Source: Salmonella phage vB_SalS_ABTNLsp9
Sequence record: MW149275.1
DNA length: 32,000 nt
Reading direction: 5' to 3' (one strand)
Shown here: piece after piece, positions 1 to 7,047 of the stretch
Numbering within the stretch: position 1 is the stretch's first letter
How the letters are laid out: the number at the start of each line of letters is the position of its first letter
Translations under genes and position numbers: made by a program
The notes under the pieces: model-generated
Told to the model about the DNA's origin: nothing
The model's input: only the letters and a program-made list of their open reading frames with translations
The model's database searches: none

Positions 1-412
1 ACATAGAATAAAGAGATCCACCCGGATACGGATGGTGGATGGGAAACTTCTATTTCCCCCGTAGCTTGTCGGAGGGCTAGGGAAATCTTAAGAAGTTTTG
101 TACCATCTCACGCAATTCGTATCCCAGGGGTGGAGCATCTCTTCCAATCTTTGGGGATCTTATACTTAAATTAAAGGTAAAACTTTTGACCACATAATTT
201 ACATTCAAGATGATACACCTGTTGCCGCTCATCTGCTAGGATGGCACAACACTTTCCTAGAAACTCTAGAGTTCTCACGAAATATCATACTTCTAGTGGG
301 CGGTTCTCCTAAGTTTCTAGGAACATATACTAGGCGGTTAATACAGGGCGGTTATAGGGAGGGCGGTTATTTCTAGGAGACATTTTTTGAAAACACATTT
401 CCAGAAATTACT

Positions 413-1012
413 GTCGGATTTGCACATTGTGTTTCTAGAAATTTATGGTCGGATTTGCACAATTGCCTAAGTTTTTAGGAACATATAATCTCCTGAAAAT
501 GGCAGCATTATTTCGGGCCGAAGGCCCATGATTGCCTGAGTTTTTAGAGCCACAGAAATTTTCACTTGTCAAGCTATTTTGCCCCATTTTGCTAATAAAA
601 TTTTACTTTATCTCGCCCCAAGCCCAATTAACCCAAATTACCTCAACTCTTCCCCAAAATCCCTGCAAATCGGGTGCCCCGCACCAAACATGCGCCCCTC
701 TCGCAGTTCCCCTAATTTTCTCTCACTCTCTCAACTTCTCCCCAAACCCACACAATCACACACCCTCTAATCGAAGTCACAAAAATCTTGTCGGATTTGC
801 ACATCTTAATCCTAGAAAAACCGTGTCGGATTTGCACATACCCCACAGGATTCGAACGCAGTTCGTGATTGCTGGAGTTTTTAGGAAAATTCATTGTCGG
901 ATTTGCACACTATAAAAATTTTTCGGGTCGGATTTGCACACTACCAAAAATCCTGTCGGATTTGCACATACACCCGCACGTAACACCCGTGGAGCAATGT
1001 CGGATTTGCACA
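413..1012 (+). repeat. Eight interspersed copies of GTCGGATTTGCACA
   Basis: Copies at 413-426, 448-461, 790-803, 825-838, 896-909, 927-940, 955-968 and 999-1012. Confidence 0.95.
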
Positions 1013-1039
1013 AAAGCGCAGGGCAATTGCCCTGCGCTA

Positions 1040-1245
1040 AATACGAATGATAATAAGAATCATTCTCATTTAAAAAGCGGAATGAGAATGATAATAATTC
1101 GCATTTAGAAAGTGAAATGAGAATCAATCTCATTTAAAAAGCGGAATGATTCTCGTTTAGGAAGTGGAATGATTCTCATTTAAAAAGTGAAACGATTCTC
1201 ATTTAAAAAGTGAAATACAAATGATAATGATTCGCATTTAAGAAT
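1040..1245 (+). repeat. Degenerate tandem array, unit ~22-34 bp (aatgattctcatttaaaaagtg)
   Basis: About seven units of the form AATGATTCTCATTTAAAAAGYG(G), several with internal dyad GATAAT/ATTCTCA sequences. Confidence 0.9.
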
Positions 1246-1385
1246 GGAAGTGAGAAACACTGTTATCTAAGTTATCCACAGACTTATTAACAGCACGATT
1301 TGATTTGACAGAATCCTAGCCATTTTGAGGCGTTATTAACAGACTTATCCACAGCTTATCCTACTGTATAAATATACAGTATTCC
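1246..1385 (+). repeat. Left arm of long imperfect inverted repeat (partner about 4629-4770)
   Basis: The reverse complement (CTGTATATTTATACAGTAGGATAA.CTGTGGATAAGTCTGT...GTCAAAT...GTGCTGT...GTGGATAACTTA.AT..AGTG.TTCTCACTT) aligns to 4629-4770. Confidence 0.85.
1272..1353 (+). promoter_or_regulatory. Two perfect DnaA boxes (TTATCCACA)
   Basis: TTATCCACA at 1272-1280 and 1345-1353. Confidence 0.8.
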
Positions 1386-1578
1386 TACGCAGTGAATAGT
1401 TCTAATATAGCGTTAAAACGCTCTCAAACGCATTCTAGCGCGTTTAATTTTGGTGGGGATACTAAAACAAGGGCAAAATTGGAGGAGGCTTGAAAATTAG
1501 TTAGCACGCTAACGATCACACAAGGCGACACGTAACACCCTAACCATTAGCAGGCTAACCATAGCGGGCGCGGTCAAA

Positions 1579-1593
1579 TGAGAATGATTATCA
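1579..1593 (+). promoter_or_regulatory. Candidate Fur box TGAGAATGATTATCA within CAAATGA...TCATTTG dyad
   Basis: 13/14 match to the Fur 7-1-7 motif TGATAATnATTATCA. Confidence 0.5.
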
Positions 1594-1637
1594 TTTGAGA
1601 ATTGGGGGCACTCCCGGATAGTTGCGCCCCGTGATTA

Positions 1638-1832
1638 TTAGTCAGGTAGTTGATGCGTGATCTTTTCCTCCTCCCCGTATGAATCCACCAAATACTGATA
1701 ATAACCATCGTGATCATAGATCACTTTATCATATTCCCCACGCTCAACCGCTTGTCGGTTTTCTGGCGTATCGGGCACGTAAAAAACATCAACCATTGTA
1801 CTAGTTTTGGTTACAATAATTTTATTGCTCAT
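1638..1832 (-). CDS. Small acidic hypothetical pre-early protein (64 aa)
   Basis: ORF with AGGGCG ribosome-binding site upstream of the ATG on the minus strand; rich in D/E. Confidence 0.7.
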   Translation of the reverse strand: MSNKIIVTKTSTMVDVFYVPDTPENRQAVERGEYDKVIYDHDGYYQYLVDSYGEEEKITHQLPD

Positions 1833-1942
1833 AATAACGCCCTAGTAAATATACTTTTGCCAATAGTGGCGAACGTTATCGCCACCAGCGGAATCATTAG
1901 CGGCCTTACTATTACCGACGAAAGTATATAATCTCATTAGTA

Positions 1943-2104
1943 TTATTTTCCTTGCATTAATTTATATATAACGAACATTCCGCAAAACTGCCCTAATATA
2001 GTGCAGACAACAAGGGATAACACAATATTGCCGATCATGTTATAAGTAACCATACCAATAATAAGGGATAGCGCATACCCTAGCAAAGCAATATAAACAG
2101 CCAT
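1943..2104 (-). CDS. Small membrane protein (53 aa), not in ORF track
   Basis: Reads MAVYIALLGYALSLIIGMVTYNMIGNIVLSLVVCTILGQFCGMFVIYKLMQGK*; upstream AGGT on the minus strand; fits tightly between neighbours. Confidence 0.7.
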   Translation of the reverse strand: MAVYIALLGYALSLIIGMVTYNMIGNIVLSLVVCTILGQFCGMFVIYKLMQGK

Positions 2105-2105
2105 A

Positions 2106-2456
2106 TTATTTACCTATTTTTCGAAACGCTGTTTCAATACTATCAGCCGTGGATTGAATATATGCGCCTTTCATTATCAGGCGCTCGGTGCATACCTTGC
2201 GAAAAATATTAATAAAATCATCCTCATTTTCTGCGATTAATGCCTCACCCATTACCTGAACGTCGCAAGATGCAAAGGTTAAAAATTGAAATGCTAGTTC
2301 ACGGGCAACGACCGCATTGATTTTATAATGCGCCTTGCCCTCATAAATATTAATAACGCCCTTATAAGCTGGCGAAAGCTGGTTTAAATAGTTTGCTAAC
2401 AATGCCGGGCGGCAGTTAGCAACAAAACGATTGCCCTCGTAAATGATCATTTGCAT
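2106..2456 (-). CDS. Hypothetical pre-early protein (116 aa; start may be the second ATG at 2450)
   Basis: ORF with GGGAGG upstream; the second ATG has better spacing from this site. Confidence 0.75.
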   Translation of the reverse strand: MQMIIYEGNRFVANCRPALLANYLNQLSPAYKGVINIYEGKAHYKINAVVARELAFQFLTFASCDVQVMGEALIAENEDDFINIFRKVCTERLIMKGAYIQSTADSIETAFRKIGK

Positions 2457-2578
2457 AACCTCCCGATCAGATAGCCTGATAAAAGCATAAAGATCCCCAA
2501 CGAAATGGGATCATTTTTAAATAAGGTGGCAATAAAACCTCCAGCTATTGCAAGGAGAACAACAATAACGCTTTTCAT
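2447..2578 (-). CDS. Small membrane protein (43 aa), not in ORF track
   Basis: Reads MKSVIVVLLAIAGGFIATLFKNDPISLGIFMLLSGYLIGRLCK*; ATGA overlap with the upstream gene ending at 2575. Confidence 0.6.
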   Translation of the reverse strand: MKSVIVVLLAIAGGFIATLFKNDPISLGIFMLLSGYLIGRLCK

Positions 2579-2787
2579 AGTACCCCACGAAATGCAGCGT
2601 AAAAGGTGGCGAAGTGCCTAACCGTTTCAATAATCACGTTGCCGCGCTTGTCGAATTTCTTTTCAGTAACACGAAAAGCATTTTTATTACGTGCTACATA
2701 TTCGATTTTACAGTCTGGACGCTCGAACGTGTTAACGTCCACCAGCTTGAAGCCTTTCGAACGTGCAAGAGAAACGTTGCGGATCAT
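2575..2787 (-). CDS. Small basic hypothetical protein (70 aa)
   Basis: ORF with AAAGGAG ribosome-binding site just upstream. Confidence 0.7.
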   Translation of the reverse strand: MIRNVSLARSKGFKLVDVNTFERPDCKIEYVARNKNAFRVTEKKFDKRGNVIIETVRHFATFYAAFRGVL

Positions 2788-2790
2788 TTT

Positions 2791-2940
2791 TTATTCTCCT
2801 TTACTATTCATGCAGCCCAGCAGATAAGAAAATGCAGCAATGCCAGCGCCTATAATAACCGCGTGAACGTCGAAAGCTATTGCAAACAAAGATAAAATAG
2901 CGCCCAAGATACCCGCCAGAATAGCTCGAAAAATAACCAT
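2791..2940 (-). CDS. Small membrane protein (49 aa), not in ORF track
   Basis: Reads MVIFRAILAGILGAILSLFAIAFDVHAVIIGAGIAAFSYLLGCMNSKGE*; its 3' end supplies the ribosome-binding site of the next gene. Confidence 0.65.
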   Translation of the reverse strand: MVIFRAILAGILGAILSLFAIAFDVHAVIIGAGIAAFSYLLGCMNSKGE

Positions 2941-2989
2941 TTTTAATACTCCCCTAGTTAGTGGGGCGAAAGTAACGCCCCGTTATTGA

Positions 2990-3220
2990 TTACATTAAAA
3001 CAATTTTTGCCGCTTGTTTTTTGGTACAGTGTTCCGCTTTCAGGGTATCCAGCAAAAAGCCCGCTGTTTGCTGATCGATTTGATCATTATCATAAAGCGC
3101 CTGAATGGTAGTGTAAGTTTTAGCAATGCCGTATTCTTGCACCATTTCTTGAATAATCCAGCGATTTGATACCCAGCCTTTACCAGTGAAAAGAGCGTCA
3201 GAAGAAGAAAAAGCAACCAT
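2990..3220 (-). CDS. Hypothetical pre-early protein (76 aa, MVAFSSSDALF...)
   Basis: Tracked ORF begins at 3253 with a non-ATG start; the internal ATG follows a TTGGAGG ribosome-binding site. Confidence 0.65.
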   Translation of the reverse strand: MVAFSSSDALFTGKGWVSNRWIIQEMVQEYGIAKTYTTIQALYDNDQIDQQTAGFLLDTLKAEHCTKKQAAKIVLM

Positions 3221-3338
3221 TTTAAGCCTCCAAATTTTTGGGAAAATTTTCAACCGTCCTCAAACGGTGTAAAGGCATTATAACAAAAAAGGCCACCATA
3301 AAAGGCGACCTTTACAAAACTTTACATTAGATTATTTA

Positions 3339-4340
3339 TTACTCGCTTTCGTTGTTAACGGTAAAAGTAGAAATATCGATACCTTTTACCATTTCATCGA
3401 TCATCTCAGCAATGTTAAAGCTCTGCACCATTTCCAACATTGCCGCTTCCATAGCCGCCCCCGCTACCGCTTTCGCTTTCTGGTTACTCGGGGCGTACTG
3501 GTCAACCGCTACACTCAGCAGGTTGGCGATCACTACACGACCAATCGGCGTATCAATATAGCCTTTGATCATGAACGGCGCTTTTTTAGCCGCTACTTTC
3601 GTGATTTGAGTTAGTGCAATTTTACCCGCTTCCAGTTTTGCAGCGTTTACAACGGCAGACTTATTGGCGGCAACGATGTTAGCGATCTTGGTCATAGTGT
3701 TTTTTCCTTTATTTTCAGTAGTTTGAGTGTTAACGTTTTCAGTAGTTTGAGTGCTAGAATTTACAGCATGTTTTTCCGTGCTGTCAATGGGCTGATCTTT
3801 CTCCTTCCAGAAAGAAAAGCCCGCGCTTTCTATATCCCCATCATATACGTAGGGGTATACTTCCGACGGTAGCAAAAAATTGCCATCATCATCAAAGGCC
3901 ATTACAGCCGCCAGACGATACCCGTCATAATCCGACCGATTCCAGCCAACTGATAAATAACGCCAAAATGAATCGAGAAAATTTTCTACGTCATAAAGAT
4001 CATTATCATTGGCCTCATAGTTTTCTATTGAAAAAACTTCTAAGCCCGCCCCAGTATCATATGCTTTTACTGTGTTGCCTTTTACGATTATGAAATCAGT
4101 ATCCGGCCCCCGACTAGTAAGCAGGTGATTATCCCGATTATACAAAACAAGCGTTGCCCCTTGCTTATATAGTTGCAAAAAGCTACTCATATCATAGGCG
4201 TCGAAATCATCAAAAAAATTTTGGTGAATATCTTCGGCCTTGTTAACAAAGTGCTTAATGCTGGTTGTTCTGCTACCATCCAGCAGGTTACGCAGTGCAC
4301 CTTTTAAGACGGTTGCGTTATCTGGTTTATATAGCCGCAT
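3339..4340 (-). CDS. Two-domain hypothetical pre-early protein (333 aa) with acidic N-terminal part and TQTTEN linker
   Basis: Long ORF with GAGGAGG ribosome-binding site; first gene of the leftward cluster. Confidence 0.8.
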   Translation of the reverse strand: MRLYKPDNATVLKGALRNLLDGSRTTSIKHFVNKAEDIHQNFFDDFDAYDMSSFLQLYKQGATLVLYNRDNHLLTSRGPDTDFIIVKGNTVKAYDTGAGLEVFSIENYEANDNDLYDVENFLDSFWRYLSVGWNRSDYDGYRLAAVMAFDDDGNFLLPSEVYPYVYDGDIESAGFSFWKEKDQPIDSTEKHAVNSSTQTTENVNTQTTENKGKNTMTKIANIVAANKSAVVNAAKLEAGKIALTQITKVAAKKAPFMIKGYIDTPIGRVVIANLLSVAVDQYAPSNQKAKAVAGAAMEAAMLEMVQSFNIAEMIDEMVKGIDISTFTVNNESE

Positions 4341-4483
4341 TTGTTGGCCTCCTCGTTAATCGGTAGAAGAATGATAAAGGTATTTTCTTTCTAGGGGCAA
4401 AGATTATTTTACTTTTTTATTTTCCTTGCCTAGCGTCTAATTTTATGCTAACCGCGCAGCGGTGTAATAAAGAGCAAAACACG

Positions 4484-4521
4484 GCGAAGCCACCTGGCCG
4501 CCGCACTGAAGCCACCTGGCC
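4484..4521 (+). repeat. Direct repeat GAAGCCACCTGGCC x2
   Basis: 14-bp motif repeated 22 bp apart. Confidence 0.8.
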
Positions 4522-4628
4522 AACGTGTTGGGTCTTTACTTTAATATTACCCCGCAGCGTTTAGCTCGTTAGAAAGCGTTTTAGGCCGCTTAAAATTGAT
4601 TGCAGTCGTTAACACTGCCTTTTTTACC

Positions 4629-4770
4629 CTGTATATTTATACAGTAGGATAACCTGTGGATAAGTCTGTGTAAAAGCCCTCATATCGCCGCCTATCGTGT
4701 CAAATTATTTTGTGCTGTGGATAACGTTGTGGATAACTTAAATGATAGTGGTTCTCACTTATGCCGATAG
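4629..4770 (-). repeat. Right arm of long imperfect inverted repeat (partner about 1246-1385)
   Basis: Contains CTGTATATTTATACAGTAGGATAA and three TGTGGATAA sequences in the same order as the reverse complement of the left arm. Confidence 0.85.
4655..4736 (-). promoter_or_regulatory. Three perfect DnaA boxes (TGTGGATAA)
   Basis: TGTGGATAA at 4655-4663, 4716-4724 and 4728-4736. Confidence 0.8.
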
Positions 4771-5016
4771 TTTCTTATTGTTATTATTATAATGGTGATG
4801 ATTTCTTATTGTTATTATTTCTCATTAATTTATAAGTATATTATATATCATGAAATAGTTAGTTGGCTAATGAGATTTTCCGTGATTAATAGTCTGCTAA
4901 TAGTTTAGGCCGTTACAATCCACCAGCATGATTATCATCCTAGCAATTATTAGTCTGCTATCTTTCCGATGCATACCAACAAATAAAAGTCAATTAATTT
5001 ATTTTATAAAATAAGT

Positions 5017-5053
5017 AGTTATCCACTGGAAAATAAAAGTCAAGTGGATAACT
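5017..5053. repeat. 11-bp perfect inverted repeat AGTTATCCACT / AGTGGATAACT
   Basis: Near-DnaA-box arms at 5017-5027 and 5043-5053. Confidence 0.85.
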
Positions 5054-5451
5054 AGGAAAATTTCATTTTTGCTTTTGGGGATAAGTTATCAACAAGGCTA
5101 GAATGCGCCTAAAACGCCCCAGAACGCGATAAAGTTTTTAGCCATCCAATCATAAAGGGATAAGCCGTTTATCGCTGCCACGAGCTTTTTAGATTTTGTC
5201 AATACCCCCAAAGCAAATATAAATGAAAAAATCACTTGCTTATCTGCTATGTTTTGTGTTATTCGCGCGCCCGTTTCTTTTAATTTTAACGCGCTGCGCC
5301 CAGGTCGCCACACGGTGTCCGGTGGCGTTTGTCTTTACATTTCTTTACAAATATAAGGTTGCGCCTTTTTCGTTGTTTGTTATTATTTATCTCGTAGGGC
5401 GGCAATGACGAACTACACGGCGGGAAGTTTACCGCCGCGCTCTTTAAAAAT

Positions 5452-5744
5452 TGGGTATATCTTAAAGCCTATCGGCGGTAAACTTATTCATTATAAGGAA
5501 TCGACGATATGAAACAAACTTTATTGATCACTGGTAAACCTAGCAAGGCACTGGATAGCAAAACAAAAAATTTATTGACAGTAGCGCAAAGATCGGTAAA
5601 ATATCGATTTGAGCAGTACAAGAAAGGCCGCCAGCAAGGACTAGAAATGATCTGGCGAAATATTATGATTGACCTGAAGGAAAATCATAAAAAACTGCAA
5701 AAAATAGTTTGACAACCTAGCCGATAGGCTTTAAGATGTACCCA
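5452..5744. repeat. 25-bp inverted repeat (1 mismatch) flanking a 67-aa ORF
   Basis: TGGGTATATCTTAAAGCCTATCGGC at 5452-5476; the reverse complement of 5720-5744 is TGGGTACATCTTAAAGCCTATCGGC. Confidence 0.9.
5509..5712 (+). CDS. Small basic hypothetical protein (67 aa)
   Basis: ATG ORF preceded by AAGGA; rich in lysine/arginine. Confidence 0.7.
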   Translation: MKQTLLITGKPSKALDSKTKNLLTVAQRSVKYRFEQYKKGRQQGLEMIWRNIMIDLKENHKKLQKIV

Positions 5745-5941
5745 GTTCGATAAGAGCGATAACTTGATACAATTTGACGGCCGGTACTTGCCATAATGTG
5801 CCCCGCCCCCTAACTGGGATATAGCGGCCTTCGTGGAGTTCCTTAAATTGATTTTATAATGGCGAGCGGATTTTTTCTTATTACCTGTTATTTTCCAGCA
5901 GGTAATGCGGAACAATCCACAAATAACTTGGAGTTTATACC

Positions 5942-6193
5942 ATGAAAAACGTTATTAATGCGCCGAAAGTTGGTCAATCCGTTTTTATTCCTTTCGTTAC
6001 TAAAACGGACGAATTAACCGGAAAAGCCGAACGTATTAAAGGCGCGGCGCTCATGCCGTTCGATACAATCGATGCGGTATACGCTGAAAATGAGCGCAGC
6101 AACAACGGAAAAACCGTTTTTAGCGTTCGCGTTAAATCTGGCGACGCTGTAAAGGTTGTTCAACGCAACGAAAAATGGGAAGCCGTTTTATAA
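5942..6193 (+). CDS. Hypothetical pre-early protein (83 aa)
   Basis: ORF with TTGGAGTTTATACC leader. Confidence 0.75.
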   Translation: MKNVINAPKVGQSVFIPFVTKTDELTGKAERIKGAALMPFDTIDAVYAENERSNNGKTVFSVRVKSGDAVKVVQRNEKWEAVL

Positions 6194-6206
6194 ATTAGTG
6201 TTAACT

Positions 6207-6236
6207 TTATATGCCCCAGTAGTTCGGGGCATATAA
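6207..6236. repeat. Intergenic hairpin TTATATGCCCC / GGGGCATATAA
   Basis: 11-bp perfect arms, 8-nt loop. Confidence 0.8.
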
Positions 6237-6293
6237 CGATTAACATTAGTTAATCATTTAATCCCTTAAATTAAATTAATTGGAGTTTTTACC

Positions 6294-6701
6294 ATGACTA
6301 ACGTTAAAGCCGCAAAATTTTCCTGGAACGAAGAAAACACCCAGCAGGCTGTTTCCATGTATCAGCAGTTAATCAATGAAAACGGGCTAGAATTCGCAAA
6401 TAGCGACGGCTTGAAAGAGATCGCGAAAGCAGTTGGTGCGGCTTCTCCCGTGTCAGTTCGTTCGAAATTGACCAGCGCGAAAGCCTATCAAAAAAGCGAT
6501 AAGCCGCGCAAGGTTGGCGGCGGTAGTTCAATCCGTAAAGCTCACTATGTACGAGTAATTGCAAAACACGCTATCGATTCCGGCATTATCAAGGACGCCG
6601 ATGATCTGGCAAGCCTTGAAAGCGCGAAGCTGGAAACGCTGGACGCCGTGGCGCAACTGTTAGGCGTTGCCGATGAGGTAAAACAAGCCGCAGGTGAATA
6701 A
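6294..6701 (+). CDS. A2: T5 A2-like pre-early DNA-binding protein (135 aa)
   Basis: Same length as recalled T5 A2, next to the A1 homologue, with TTGGAG leader. Identity rests mainly on size and synteny. Confidence 0.65.
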   Translation: MTNVKAAKFSWNEENTQQAVSMYQQLINENGLEFANSDGLKEIAKAVGAASPVSVRSKLTSAKAYQKSDKPRKVGGGSSIRKAHYVRVIAKHAIDSGIIKDADDLASLESAKLETLDAVAQLLGVADEVKQAAGE

Positions 6702-6708
6702 ATTTAAT

Positions 6709-6730
6709 TAGTGGGGATTATTCCCCACTA
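6709..6730. repeat. Intergenic hairpin TAGTGGGGA-TTAT-TCCCCACTA
   Basis: 9-bp perfect stem, 4-nt loop, no T-run. Confidence 0.85.
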
Positions 6731-6758
6731 TAATTTCCCTTTAATTGGAGTTATTAAA

Positions 6759-6956
6759 ATGATCTTTTACCCCACTGAATCGCTCATTCTAGGCTTATTT
6801 ATTATGGCGGCCTCGTTATTGTTCGCATATTTTCAAAATGATTTAGATTCGTATTATTTTAAACGCAAATCTAAGTTAGCGAAGCGTTTGGGCCTGATTT
6901 GTTTTATTGCCGCCGTTGTTTGTGGTGTTAGTTCTAGCCTGATGCCTATTAGTTGA
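6759..6956 (+). CDS. Small membrane protein (65 aa)
   Basis: Preferred start is the ATG after TTGGAGTTATTAAA; two hydrophobic segments (LILGLFIMAASLLFAYF and LICFIAAVVCGVSSSL). Confidence 0.7.
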   Translation: MIFYPTESLILGLFIMAASLLFAYFQNDLDSYYFKRKSKLAKRLGLICFIAAVVCGVSSSLMPIS

Positions 6957-6967
6957 ATGTTGCAAAT

Positions 6968-6995
6968 TATAACGCCTATTATTCGAGGCGTTATA
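6968..6995. repeat. Intergenic hairpin TATAACGCCT / AGGCGTTATA
   Basis: 10-bp perfect arms, 8-nt loop. Confidence 0.85.
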
Positions 6996-7047
6996 TTTGG
7001 CAATATTGCCGTTATTAACCTTATCCCTTTAATGGAGTTTTATTACT

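Noticed and set aside
532-915. ORF 532..915 (127 aa) and overlapping 579..770, 712..894, 869..1108, 891..1133
   Set aside because: They run through the GTCGGATTTGCACA repeat array, have low-complexity P/N/H/S composition and no convincing ribosome-binding site; repeats translate as CRICT or VGFAH. Treated as non-coding.
1710-2895. Plus-strand ORFs 1710..1931, 2606..2827, 2614..2895
   Set aside because: Antisense to a compact leftward gene cluster with good ribosome-binding sites and overlaps.
5255-5345. T5-type site-specific nick consensus (GCGCGGTG-like)
   Set aside because: Only partial resemblances (CACGGTGTCC, and GCAGCGGTG near 4457) were seen; no convincing full match.
5098-5408. ORFs 5098..5313 (-) and 5223..5408 (+)
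   Set aside because: They overlap on opposite strands in the repeat-rich gap and lack ribosome-binding sites. The plus-strand one is hydrophobic and not fully excluded.
5685-5915. ORF 5685..5915 (-)
   Set aside because: Covers the inverted-repeat arm and an intergenic hairpin; no start signal.
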